Assembly: GCF_006345805.1 (NCBI RefSeq)
Contig: NC_043000.1
Coordinates: forward strand, 55,862,001 to 55,926,000
Source of the DNA: Octopus sinensis
Taxonomy: Eukaryota
Reading direction: 5' to 3'
DNA length: 64,000 bases
Of the stretch, positions 50,662 to 64,000 are shown piece after piece; position 1 is the first letter of the stretch; every line of letters starts with the position of its first letter. Below the pieces are notes generated by a model. It saw only the letters and a list, made by a program, of their open reading frames with translations. It searched no databases and was not told the DNA's origin. The position numbers were made by a program, and so were the translations under genes.

Positions 50662-51104
50662 TATATAATTCCACTCGTGCGATACCTTACAACTCCACTT
50701 TGTTATATGTATATATATTACGGAAAATGACTTCACATACCATAAATCCACAAACGCCTTCCATTTTACTATAACAAAGACAACTCAGAATAACGAGACT
50801 AAGACATAAACAATTTGCAAACAAGCACAACAAATATGCATTCCCTTCATCAGCTAGCAAGCGGATATCACTATGGTTTCGACACCAGGACAGTACCGTT
50901 CAACAGCGTTAAAACAACAAAATCCGCCTGAGAATCTATAGCAATCAGTCGCACCGGGTAGCATGTCCACTACGCCAGCACCTGCTTATAACTACAAGCG
51001 GTATCAACAAATTAAACAATTTGTATTAACTTGTAAAAATACAGGAGCTATAAGACTTATTCAGAAAAAGAACATTGGGATATTAAAGTAATAGATACAA
51101 AATA

Positions 51105-51312
<208 letters not shown>

Positions 51313-54300
51313 ACAATTAATTTGGAAACGGCCACCACCAACTTCTCTTGACCAATTCAATAGATATTTATTTTTAGGCTTTGTTTTACAATGTTATTTT
51401 CAAAATACTTCAGCACTAAAGTTGTATGTTTGAAGACTCAGATACTCCAATTTTAACATACTAGTTTTCATATGAATGGCTTCTCTGAAGAATTTAATTT
51501 CTATGCCCACAAATGTACAATCTTATTCATTTAATTAATGATACTTGCATCATTACTTCGGCAAGAAATCGTATTAAGATGGTATGTTGCTCGGAATGGG
51601 GTTTTTTCATTAGCCATCTACTGGAAAATACTACTTGTACTTAACTAATGTCGTTTTAACCACGTGCATTAAATATGTTAAATTAACTCATTGAATTATA
51701 TGCGAATCCTTCGAATTTAAATAAAGAAAATATAATGTACGTATTAATTCCTAATGTAAAATTAATTGGAAATATTGTTTATAATGAAGTATTATAATAA
51801 AAGATTGGTATTTCATCTTCTCTAAAATATAATTACTGAGATACCATATAATTATTTAAAAATTTTAAATTCGGTGTAGGATAGCTTTCTAAATCTGGAG
51901 AGACACTAAAACATAATTAGCATTGTATAATTTGTTTAAGCTATGTATGAATCTTACTTATGTGGAGTATATGCTGTTAATATATTTTGTCTTCCAAATT
52001 CAGCAAAGAATTGTTTCCGCGTTCTTAACTATTGTTCTTCGTCCAAATAAGAGATTTGTTTGAGTGACATTCAGTAAAAATCTACAGATAAAATGAAGGC
52101 GGTAACAACATTCACGAGCGTTGGCGGTTTAGAAAGGAAGGACTGAGAGATATGCGTCGTGCTGGTCTTGAAGGACACAGTAGCAATAACAAAATAGAGG
52201 CAAGTGAGCCGCTATATGCAGCTGATTCAGAAGAACCGAGATCGTTGTACTATATTATTGTTATTATTATATAAGAGACACAAAGAGGAAGCCACACTTC
52301 TGTGCGCTTGTAGTTGGAAAGTATATGTGAGTAAACCATTGCCACTCTTTTCCGTGTAGTTTAGGGTACTTTTGTGATATAGTTTTACACTGACGTATAC
52401 TGGACTTAATGCGAGAACTCACCAGAGATTACGATTGCAAGTCAATTGAAAATATTAAACAGAAAATCATAACAAATGAGATCAATACTCGAGAACATGT
52501 AAATTATTATCAATTATCTCAGTTCATATATCATAACTAAATTATTATATGTTCAATGTAAATGTGAGGGGCCTCCCAAGGCGAACTGGTTTGCGCGTTA
52601 TCTTAATTTTATTCTGTTTGGCCGATTAGTCTGCTTCTAATTATTTGTTACGCATTCATATTCCTCCTCTTTAGCACATTCCATCTTATATTCTTTGGTG
52701 ACCGTTATCATAATATTGGAATATAAATCGATGTAATTTCTTTTATCACAGATTATAGTATAGACTCTTAAGACAATTAACTTGCATTTAATTAATTATT
52801 CAATAACTAAACTTATATAAGAGAAGACATTTCTGTTGAAATTTACACATAAAGAGAGACGGTGACTTCATCAAAGAAAAGTTGAACACTTCAGAAGTAT
52901 TGGATTGTTACTCTGTAATGTGAAAGTGAAAATAATTGCAGTCACTTTTTGAAATTTTCAGTTATATTATATTTTTCAAGCGCTTCCAGGGGTTTTCCAC
53001 GCAGACGATCACTGCTCAAATAATTCGCTGCCGTTTTAAGAAGTAAAATATTAGGTAACTGATACTTGATACAATGTCTGAAAAAAGACTGAATAGTCAC
53101 GGCTGGAATGCATTTTATTGTAGTTCTTGCTTGATCAAAGCTGAACTAGGGCGAACCAACTTCGATGCTTCGCATATCATTGAAACGTTGCCGTTGTTCT
53201 TCCTCATCCATCGCATTAACTACTTCAATGCGAAATGCTTATCTGAAACATGCATTAGGAATTATACATTTTCAGACTTAACTTTATCAACTAAATGTAC
53301 TTTCATTGCTTTTTTTTCCTTCCACCGATCCTAAATTTTCGTGTACTTCATTGGTAGTTTAGTCATGATAAGTAAGATAGAGTCCATGTTACTTTATTTT
53401 TCCTCCAGTGCTTCCAAAACTTGTGGGAGGAAGAGATGAAGCTACTCTCAAACACCACTAAGAGTACATGTGACCAAGTACTGGTGTCAAACCGGTGAAC
53501 AGATTATTATCCAAGAACTCAGAAAGTCCAAGTATTATAATATCGGCCAACCCACTGCATGGATTGCCATATTATTTAGTCAACTACCGAAAGGGTGAAC
53601 GGTGAAGTTGGCCTCGGTGGGATTTGAACACGCAGTGCAGAGAGTTGGAACAAATGATGTGCATACTTTATCTCCAACTAGTAGTTGTAATAAACCTCCA
53701 CAAACAAGACTGAAATCATGGTTAACTTGATTGTTTCTTCCGAATATATGCGAACAATCCCAAAAGTACAATCAAACACGAGAAAATATAGGTTTTGACA
53801 TCAAGTTCCCATTTCTCCCTTAATTGTTTTGGTTAGCCTTTCAGAATAACATTCAGGATAATTCATTCACATCAATTATGTGTCGAGGTTTGCAATCAGG
53901 AATTTTGTAATATCCAATAATATAAGAGTAAATCAAGCATTGCTAGAAGAAATGTTTTTATATTTCTTTTTTAGTGATTTGTCCTATTTTATCCGGTGTT
54001 GTAATCCTGGTACTGCAGACAACACGCTACATTTGTTGTAGTGACTGCTTCCCTTTACATATAAATGTAATTGCAACACTTCAATGTAAAAAGACCTGAA
54101 TTAGAAGAGTAGACTGTTTATTAAAAAAACACGAAACCAAGACCGAAACTGTACGAGCAAATTAATGTTTTGATGTTTAACATTGGCTACCTAAATTTAC
54201 ACGGACGTTAGTGTTATTGAACTGCTGAATGATGTTTACTCTCTTATTGATTGATCAATGTCAGAACTTGATTAAATTTCCTGGTCTATTAGGAAATTCA

Positions 54301-55298
54301 CCAAGAAACATGTAAAGAAATAAAATTTGATTAAAAGAAAAGTTTCAGAAAAATATCACTTCACTTAACCATTTCTGAAAGATCATTTAACTCTGGGGAA
54401 TACTCATCTATATACAAATGTTATTCTATTTTCCTTCTTCCAGATAATATTGGTTTCTTTTCACTAGGCACAGTGATTCAATAGGCTTAGAGAAAGAATG
54501 CATGTGTTTGGAACGTTATTGCCATCTCTATGGGCATTAATCTGCTAAAGGTAAGTGAATTTGTTTCATGGACAGTTTGAAACTATTGTCTCTTCAACAG
54601 AGTAGAAATTTGCGATATTCTCTTACAATTAAGATTGGTTATTAGATTATATCGAGGAAGATTATTTTCACCATGATGAAATTTGAACTACATACGTATA
54701 AAAAACGAAACTAAATTCCGTAAGATACTTAATGCAGTGCTGTAGCATTTTTATCAACTTTAACACTTCTGAATAATACTAGAAATGCTTTCTTTTATAG
54801 TCAGTGGAATCGGTTCAATATTTCATCGTTAAAATTTGGATGAATTGTAAGAACTAATAACCAGTGAGATTTGAACTTAGAGCATAGAAGGCCGAAACTA
54901 AATGCAGCGCCATTTATTTCCAACCGCTGTTTTCTTCGGGATCCCGTTTTGTTGCTAAAATCTTTATGTTTCATTTCTATACGTATTTGTTACAATATGT
55001 TTAACATTTCGTACTTTGAATGAGTTCAAAGGCAAATAAATGATTGAATGTAAACACTTTTGGGCCCGATCAAAACACAGTTTGTGTATGCGATGCGAAA
55101 TTGTTTCAAAAGCGAACTAAAACGGTGAAGGATTTGAATGCCGAGAATTAAGCCTTCTTTTACAAGGCACAAAATAGGTAAAATCCAGAAATTAAGGAGT
55201 TTGTAGCAGCCTAGATTGGCAAAAGTTGATCCATAGAAGTTCGTACAATATAAATGTATTGCAGTGAATTCCGTTGCTATTAGTCTTTCTTAAGGGAA

Positions 55299-55349
55299 AA
55301 AATACAAGAAATTGAAGAGACAATTTGTCTCTTCAATTTCTTGTATTTT
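55299..55349. repeat. 51-bp palindrome (25-bp perfect arms, 1-nt centre)
   Basis: aaaatacaagaaattgaagagacaa-t-ttgtctcttcaatttcttgtatttt. Confidence 0.95.
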
Positions 55350-55716
55350 CAATATTAACACAAAAAGCTTACTTATGTATTATAATAGAAGGTGCATTTG
55401 ATAGCGTCATATGTGTTCATATCGATTTGACGTCTGTCACGACGACCATTTGAAGTTTCCCACATTCCTACACTACAATGTATTAGTGGGTTCTACTATT
55501 TCGCCTTTACTGGGACGTCTGCTGGTATCTACGTTTAGTTCTCCTCTTCTTGTTTAATCTCACTACCTTTATCAATTTTGTTCGTGTGTGCCTACTCCCT
55601 CAATAGTCTGGCAAACTGTGAAGTATTGATATGAGAATCAACTGAAAATAATGCTGATTCTACACCCAGCCATCCAATTAAAGTATAACACGGTGTCTTG
55701 ACGCGCCAATACTCAC

Positions 55717-55914
55717 AGCACTTTCCTTTCCATAGTGATACTGTTTGCCAGAAATTACAAATAAGAACATTTTTTCCAACGGATCGAATTCCGGTGTGAC
55801 AGGTACCCAGCCTTGTTCGGGGTTACACAGCCGGCGTGAGTATATTCTAGTGCCCTCGTAAATTTCAGCTCGTGATTGCTGCCCCCAGAAACGTATGCCC
55901 TCTGAAATATTCAC
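55717..55914 (-). other. Candidate 198-bp phase-0 coding exon of an unidentified host gene
   Basis: Open frame of 66 codons from ttag|G to GCT|GTGAGT; non-repetitive composition; weak polypyrimidine tract; no recognised motif. Confidence 0.3.
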
Positions 55915-57125
55915 CTAAGCTATTTACAGAGATCAAAGTACCGGTTCGCAGCAATTCATGAATTGTGGTTTATTATCTTTTCAGTGACAAAAATTATATC
56001 AAATAATCAATGAAATCAATAGAATTAAGTTTAAAATGAATAACACTCAATTTGCTGGATGCCTATCCCTCTTCTATTTGAAAACTCGGTCTAGTTTTGA
56101 CCACATGCAGCATCTCTTACTAACACCCAATCTATAAATATTGCTCCTCATTGTGACACAAATCCCTCAAATGTTATCTCTAACTATTATATACTACCCA
56201 GTCAGCACTATAGTCCAACTCTACATCTAAATTTTTGTCAATTCGCATGAAGAATTTTCTTCTCTAATCTGGATATCAGCAAAACAGAATCTCAATTACT
56301 CAAGCTCAATCACTTCTTAACTCTATTACCTAAGTACCTACTCACTAAATCCTTCCAGTCACCATAAACTGTTCAAATGTCTTTACTCATGCTACAGCAG
56401 CATCACGCGTAAATCTTCCTTGAATTTGTTGTTTTCGATGGCTCAACTGATCTTGGCAACCAAACACTTCCGCACCAATGCTGCTGCAGTCGTTTACCAA
56501 TAATTCGTATCTTTTGTATTCATCTTCCCGACAGACACACCGATATTCCAAAGATTATTGACCGTTTTCACTTTGCGAAATCATCAACGTCTCTTCGCCT
56601 ATTTGATCAAATCAAGGCCTTTCATAACACATCCTCAAGAAAATCTATGGTATTTCGAGTCATCTAAATGGAGTTGAGTTTCTAATTCTGGTAGATCTCT
56701 TCACTTGCACATCTCTCATGGAATCGAAGCGCCCTAAACTCGTTACAAAAGTATAGACGAAGGACACGCCTGGAGCAGATGGAAAATAATCCCCTACCTC
56801 AACCAACAAGTGGATTTTTTTACCTATTGCATTAATTCCTGCAATATTATCATCAGAGCTGCAAACGAGATCTCTATGCATCAAACAGCCAGTAATCTCC
56901 TCGTTGCTCGTTCCTAGTAAATCAATTAAGAAATTTCCTTCTCTATTTTACTATACCCACTTCCGTATTCCCTGAAAACGCCTTCTGTTGCTTAGAAGTC
57001 TGATCCTGTCAACATCCCTATCATTATCACCAAACAGTGCGATCTAGGGTTCGCCCTTAATCTAGCGAAACATTTCAGTCTGAAGCTTTCTATATCTATC
57101 TTCTTATCTATTAGTACAATGTCTG

Positions 57126-57219
<94 letters not shown>

Positions 57220-58318
57220 CTCTCCTATTGCATCTAAAGCAATCTGAGACCTTATTTGCAAACATACTGCTATGGTTCCCATTTTCGAAAAGAGCATACT
57301 GTCGAAATGTCACTTTCACTTCGAACACTTGAAAGATAATAGAAACAGTCGATAATATTCACCTTTTCCAACAGTATGGTTTCGTGTCCCTTCTTAATGA
57401 ACAACAGTCCGGTTTCAGTAAATCCATATTTACTGAAGAGTCTGGTTTTCCTCCTTCTTTTCTTATTCCTTCTCAAAACCATCATTATTATCATTATTAT
57501 CATCGTCAGTAATATCACCATCATCCACGTCTTCGTCTCCACACTACCGTCTCCCTCATCGAAATTTTACAAAACCCATCTTTCAGGCTGGTATGGGTTA
57601 CACGGATCTACCATACAGCTGCCTTTCAGATTCATTTGTCGTGACACTAATAGCTATTGCACTGTGCTACCTCTATCGACGATTTTTATCAATAATCTTA
57701 TGCTGTCTCATGTTCTTTTCTAATTAATTTCTTTCGTGCTGTGTTAAAAGATTTCGTGGAGAATGTTAGCACATCTATTTATTTCACTAAATATATATTT
57801 GATTCATTCCATAAAAACAAAACAGAAGATAAGAAGACAGTTTAATCGATATACAATTACGAAGATTTCATTACATACACTATGATTTCATATTTATAGG
57901 TAAGATAAAACTGTAAATTGTGATATTCATGTCAGACTGTTTCGTACACTCACATATCCATACATATAAGAACACACATCTAAGTGTGCATAGATATGCG
58001 TGCACTTGCGAGTATGTGGGTGAATACATGTATATATGTATGTGTGAATGTATGTATGTACATAAGTATGAATATATGTATACATACACAGAGGTATATA
58101 GATATATATGTATATATATACACATGTGTGTATAGATATATTCATACCTATGTACAGTGTCTTATTAATATTTGTGCTACGTCCTCGTGTTGTTTCTTTT
58201 TCTTATCTTTTCTCTATTTTTAATCAATTATATATATATATGCATGCATTTATGTATGTATGTATTCATATATATATGTGTGTGTATATACATGTATATA
58301 TATATATATGTATGTGTG

Positions 58319-58370
<52 letters not shown>

Positions 58371-59127
58371 TATATGAGAGCAGAATAAAAGAGATCTAGT
58401 TTGACTTTTTATTATAACATAAATTACATAATCATTACACGTGTTTCCCTAGAAAATACTAGTATGTTGTGCAGTATGTACATGACTGCATAATCATGTT
58501 GAAACGCTGTATTTTCAGAACAGAACAGTAATTTAAACTATTGTCGTTTACCAACACCAGTTGGTTGACAGTAATAAATAATATCTATGTACAAACTTGA
58601 GAGAACATTTTTTTTATATAGCAGTGAATGAAAGGATGGTTATTATGTGTATGTTATCAGTGTAATAAAAATAGGACGAAAGGAAGAGGAATAAATGTAA
58701 TCTAAGAAAAGAAAATAAGTCGTTAGAACCATCGAACAGGATGTTTTGGAGTGATTCTCGCTCTGGCTCTTTGTGCACTGAGTGAAATCACGTCGAGAAC
58801 ATGTTCTTCTTTTGTCCATTCAGGTTCGATGAATAAAGTACTTGTCCTGAGTTGTGTGTTGACGGAAATGATAGGTTGTCAAGTAAGATGTTTCCTGGGA
58901 TCTGTTTCAAGCTCTTTGCGTTCTGAGGGCAACCAGTGCGAGTACACTGCTGTAAAGCTAGTTGAGCGATTACTACCGATGGCATGGAGAAGAAGTATTT
59001 GCATACAAGAGCAGTTCCATACAGAAATCTTGCCAGGACTACGCCTGTGTGTAGAGTACTTTCAGGTGCAGCAACATATTTTCATGAATCAAATTGTGAC
59101 AGCAGAGCGAATATATGTACGTGTAAG

Positions 59128-59197
<70 letters not shown>

Positions 59198-59229
59198 GCG
59201 CATATAAATATTTATATATACACATGCAT

Positions 59230-59410
59230 ATGTCACTACACACACTTTTCTTTCTCCTTGTTTCTCTCCTTGTTTTTTCCTGTGCCCCTTTCTGTAGAAG
59301 AGTGTAGGCTCGAAATGTAAAACACTTTTTCTATTCCTGAGCGTTATACTAATACATCTGTTTGTTTTGTACACCACCTGTCTTCGTCTTTTGTTTTTTT
59401 CGTAAACTCT

Positions 59411-59415
<5 letters not shown>
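59230..59415 (+). mobile_element. Second copy of the short hammerhead-like (TA)n-flanked repeat
   Basis: ctttCTGTAGAagagtgtaggctcGAAAtgtaaaa, followed by a body homologous to 41050-41140. Confidence 0.7.
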
Positions 59416-59448
<33 letters not shown>

Positions 59449-59465
59449 GTAGATATATGTGTGTG

Positions 59466-59536
<71 letters not shown>

Positions 59537-59557
59537 TATATATATATATATACATAT

Positions 59558-59945
59558 AGGCGCAGGAGTGGCTGTTTGGTAAGTAGCTTGCTTACCAACC
59601 ACATGGTTCCGGGTTCAGTTCCACTGCATGGCACCTTGCGCAAGTGTCTTCTACTATAGCCTCTGGCAGGCCAAAGCCTTGTGAGTGGATTTGGTAGACA
59701 GAAACTGAATGACGCCCGTCGTATATATGTATATATGTATGTGTGTGTATATGTTTGTGTGTCTGTGTTTTGTCCCCCCAACATCGCTTGACAACCGATG
59801 CTGGTGTGTTTACGTCCCCGTAACTTAGCGGTTCGGACTGATAGAATAATTACTAGGCTTACAAAGAATAAGTCCTAGGGTCGAGTTGCTCGATTAAAGG
59901 CGGTGTCCCAGCATGGCTACAGTCAAATGACTGAAACAAGTAAAA
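59558..59945 (+). mobile_element. SINE family A, full length
   Basis: Homologous to the 43452 copy; intact cagtc-aaat-gactg hairpin at 59920-59933. Confidence 0.92.
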
Positions 59946-59992
59946 TAATATATACACGCGCGCACACACAAAACCTACATATGTATATATAT

Positions 59993-60269
59993 ATGCTAAT
60001 CCAGTGAGGAGTAAAGTAATTAAATTGTTTTATTTTAATTTTATTTATTAATTCATAATAGAATATAAGGATAAGAATCATGTTAATGATTAACGTGAGG
60101 TCTTTTTAATATTCTTTCATTAGTATAAATTACCTATAAATTGTTATAGCATGCTGAATACCTGATAAAAATCATTAACGTGATTTTTATCCTTATACTC
60201 TATTATGAATTAATAAATAAATTTAAAATAAAATAATTTAATTACTTTTACTCCTGACCGGAATAGCAT
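59993..60269. mobile_element. AT-rich foldback element (MITE-like), arms about 95 bp
   Basis: Core arms 60007-60090 and 60171-60255 are near-complementary, extending with mismatches to atgcta/tagcat; 80-bp spacer. Confidence 0.75.
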
Positions 60270-60979
60270 TTACTGCATAAATATCCTTATAATATACACG
60301 TGGCTATCGTGAGGGGATTTAAAATTCACTTATCTTGGAGCTATTTGTGCAAACGTGTGGACTTGTAGATGTGTGAACCTGCTTTGTACGGTATGTGCAA
60401 TTATTTTCTATTTATATTTCCTCGTGTAATGTGTTGACGAAGGAAGAAAGCTTATTTTTATCTTTAGTTCAGTAAAGCATGATAATGCATATAGTGTTGA
60501 TCAACATGCATGTAGGTGTGTCGTGTGGGGGATGGCGACAAATGTTCCTGTTCGTACGCACACCAATATGCTTGGGCGTGTTTTATTTTATATACATTTG
60601 CACGTATAACTTCACTTGTAGCATGTACCTGCATCGCAGGTAATCATTTCTGCAACCTTATTGCATATTGTCAGTTTGCTGTGGTCATGCATGTGTTTTG
60701 TATCGTGCGACTCCTAGCCACTTACAACATCACTGCAGTCTTACGGCTATGTATTAGAATATGTAATGTATTGTATTGCATGGGAGAATTTATGTGCATG
60801 GGAGAATGTATGGGGGTGAAAGAGACTGCCTGTGGTCGTATGCAGATGTTCAAATCACACGTGTCAAATATTAGTATATATTCAATAAGTGTAGCGAGGC
60901 ATGCGGGATGGGCAAACCACACAGTTCAGTCACCTTAAATATGTATCTTTGTTTTAACTGAAGGTATCTTTCATCTTCT

Positions 60980-61196
60980 ATTGTTTTAGTCATTAGTCTG
61001 TGACCATGCTGGGGCACCGCCTTGAATTAATAGTCGAATGAATGAATCGACTCCCGTACTTCCTTTTTAAGCCTGGTACTCATTCTATCGGTCTGTTTCG
61101 CCGAACCGCAAGGTTGCGGTGAAGCAAACACACGGGTTTTCAAGTGGTGGTAGGGGACGAACACTGATACAAAGACACACACACACACACACATAG

Positions 61197-61232
<36 letters not shown>

Positions 61233-61390
61233 CGGGCTTCTTTTAGTTTCCATCTCCCAAATCCATTCACAAGATTTTGGTCGGTCCGAGGATGTAGTAG
61301 AAAACACTTGCCCAAGGTGCCTAGTGGGACTGAACCTGAAACCATGTAGTTGGGAAGCAAGTATCTTGCTACACAGCCATATCTGCGCCT
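60980..61390 (-). mobile_element. SINE family A, full length, diverged
   Basis: Homologous to the 43452 copy. Confidence 0.85.
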
Positions 61391-62213
61391 GTTACGTTTA
61401 AGGAATGAGATGGCCAATTTGACTATCACACTGCCCTTTTTGAAACCCACGCTACACCACCGTAAGATATGCAAACATGTCTTCATTCATTTTAAAGTAT
61501 ACGTTACATAAGGCAACAGTTTAGGCATTTGGTGTCAATGCAGACGTCTATATCCATGTGACTTCTTATATTTGCTGGCATATTTTCACGTGAATAATTG
61601 CCATATTTTCGTCGGCCACGTGACACATGATATTTACTCTTTCGAATCACTTGGTAGATAGTAGAATCAATAAAGGTTTAAAAGTCATTTAGAATTATCA
61701 AATTTCCGAATTGATTATTACATTAGGTTTGTGTGCTGAAATGTATAATACGAGGTCTCTGTAATTAAACGGTATAAAGGGGTGGATCAGGTTACTCAAT
61801 AAGTTATGACTGCCAGTTAGATTAAATGTATTAATTGAAGATATAATATATGATTATTATGTACAAATAATAGCACGAGATAAAAATTAATATTTTTAGT
61901 AGATCGTGGAAATTGAAATACTGAATAAAAATTCTAAAAGAAAGTGTGTGTATGTGTGTGTGTGCGCGTGTGCGTGTGAGTGTATGTGTACAAGTAAAAT
62001 AGTTTCTGCTAAATTAACTTATGTTATAATGCTAGTTAGGTGTGACGAATGAATTAGCCGAAACGATGTGTGCATTGAATTAATTAGGTAATTTCTATTA
62101 TACCTATCAATTGTTAGACAAAAATTTTTGAAAGCAATGTAATATTTTAAATAACTGCTCAAGGACTTGTATAAAGAAAAAAGTGAGTACTCATATAATT
62201 GTTGCTGAGAATA

Positions 62214-63010
62214 CAAGATGCATTCAAGAAGTTTCCACACTTTTTTCAAGAGATGCATTTATTAATTTGAGACAAGTACAAAACTAATCTACTTCAAAGT
62301 AGCATCCTTTTACATGAATGCATCTGTTGTAGCGCAGCAATCACATCGCTGAGGCCCCATGGAAATCCTCTAAAGGGAAAGTGTCTAGGTATCTTCTCAG
62401 TGTCTCCAAAATGACTACCCCTGGGGTTTCCCTGCTTGGGGAACAAATCACAAGGATCAAGCTCTGAACTGTATGGAGGGTAGGGAAGTGTTTTGATGCC
62501 CATCTCTCTTAGGATACAAAGATGGAAGTGTGGACTGGTGTATCGTCCTGGCGCAGGTGCCACCGACCCAAATGGTAACGTTTCAGCCTTACGTGGCGGC
62601 GAAGTCTTTTCCTAACCTCCTTCAAAACCTCTACAGCACATTCTTGACCGTCTGGACAGAGGGAACCCAGCGTATGTAGACGATGGCCTGGTTGAAAAGG
62701 TGAAACATGATAGGCTTTCCGCTGGACTTACTTTGCCTGACTGCCTTGCGTCTGTGTGAGCCAGGTTTCTTCTATTGGGCACTCTGTCACCTCGTCTCTG
62801 GATCATAATAGTAGATTCAACTTTCGTCAAAGGTCACCAGAGACTCAAATACTCTGGGATTGGAGGTAATGAGCTCAAGCATTTCCCTGCTGTCACCAAA
62901 GCGTCTTTCCTTCTGTTCGTCATTGAGCACCCAGGGAACAAATTTTGCTGAAACTCTTCGCATATTCAGATCTTATAATTAGTTCTGTCTACTGCCACTA
63001 CACCAGCTAG
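62214..63010 (-). mobile_element. Decayed mariner transposon (DD34D catalytic region)
   Basis: Minus-strand pieces: LNMRRVSAKFVPWVL, LVTFDES-x-IYYYDPET, QDDTPVH, PYPPYSSELDPCD. TIR-like ta-caagatgcattcaagaagtttcc at 62212. Confidence 0.8.
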
Positions 63011-64000
63011 AAAATATGCTTATCGCGTTTATAGACATATGGCAGTCATCAGCCAGAAAACTGCGAATTTACTCAATTAGCTCCAATGTTTCCCTTCGCA
63101 CACTACTCATCATCTCTCACTTACTGTCTATTATCCTTGAACCTCTTGTGCCAACTCAAAACAGACGCTCGGCTCATAAAAACTTAATCTATAAGCAATC
63201 CGGGACGTCTCATAAATTTCTGTAGTGTTTTTGCCCAGTTTAACTCAAAATTCTATTTATAATTTATGTTTTACAATTTAGATTCTCTTATCAAAGGGTT
63301 TTGTTAACGCTTCTGTTTGGGCGACAGAAGGTACAAGAATGTTGATTAAACCTTAATTTAAATAAATTGCCATTTAATCCGATATATAATATTGAGTAGA
63401 TATTAGATTACTCTGTCCGCTAATATTTTATTTTCAGTGTAATGAACAGCTGTTTGGATGCATAAAATTTCAAATCGCAATGTAGCGATCAGTATTGGGC
63501 AAGTTTAATTTGGATTGATTATATTAAGCTATATTCTACGTGAAGTTGTGTATAATCGATTAAGGAATTTCTATTCGATTTTCGTTACTTGTATTCCGAT
63601 GGAAATTTTCTAATTAAAAGATTAAAGAAAGATTTGGCAACTAAGATGGCTACTTTCAGAGTGTAGACTGAATTATACTGAAGAGCAAGTCTTTCTTTAC
63701 ATGGATTGGTGCTTTGTGTTTTCCAATTTAATGTTTTATCTGAAAATCTACTCAACTAAAAGACTATTGTAATAATTTAAAGTATCATTCCATAATTGTT
63801 CATTAGCTGAGATATTGAAAATCCGTAACAAGCTATTTTCCACAAGATAATTGCCTTTATTTCGAAATGATTTTAAAGTTTATGGATTCAGTGAAAAATT
63901 TAATTGGGTTCTCTATAAGGTGGAGAATAGTCTGATTTAAGAATAATGTTTAGAAAATTGACACGGTTAATAATAATAATAATAATCATGAACACGATCA

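Noticed and set aside
52088-52270. Protein-like frame EGGNNIHERWRFRKEGLRDMRRAG... as an exon
   Set aside because: An in-frame TAA lies just after the only nearby acceptor, and the ATG frame stops after 17 codons.
56340-56930. Possible old LINE remnant (KDTPGADG)
   Set aside because: A single weak motif with no downstream RT motifs recoverable.
57440-57545. Acidic minus-strand peptide DEDVDDGDITDDDNND
   Set aside because: Explained by a degenerate (ATC/ATT)n tract; in-frame stops follow.
60516-60938. 140-aa ORF
   Set aside because: GTG start, C/V/M-rich composition typical of TG-rich noncoding DNA, no motif or splice support.

Overview
AT-rich, microsatellite-saturated animal genomic DNA (intronic or intergenic). 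The mix of SINEs and simple repeats looks like a coleoid cephalopod, probably Octopus; this is inferred from repeat style, not from a database hit. No intact host gene, rRNA, tRNA gene or CRISPR array is supported. Most short ORFs in the track are translations of simple repeats. Main content: (1) a 5'-truncated R4/Dong-clade RT-RLE retrotransposon in (TAA)n, split by a CR1/L2-type LINE with a 5-bp TSD; (2) a rearranged Tx1/L1-clade LINE in (GATA)n; (3) a Penelope-like (Neptune-type GIY-YIG) remnant between (TA)n arrays that carries a hammerhead ribozyme motif with a very long stem II; (4) a short (TA)n-associated repeat family with a minimal, core-variant hammerhead; (5) mariner remnants, a pogo/Tigger-like MITE and several foldback palindromes; (6) three tRNA-derived SINE families in many copies. 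Two of the SINE tails match the 3' ends of LINEs in the same window, one through a covarying stem-loop.
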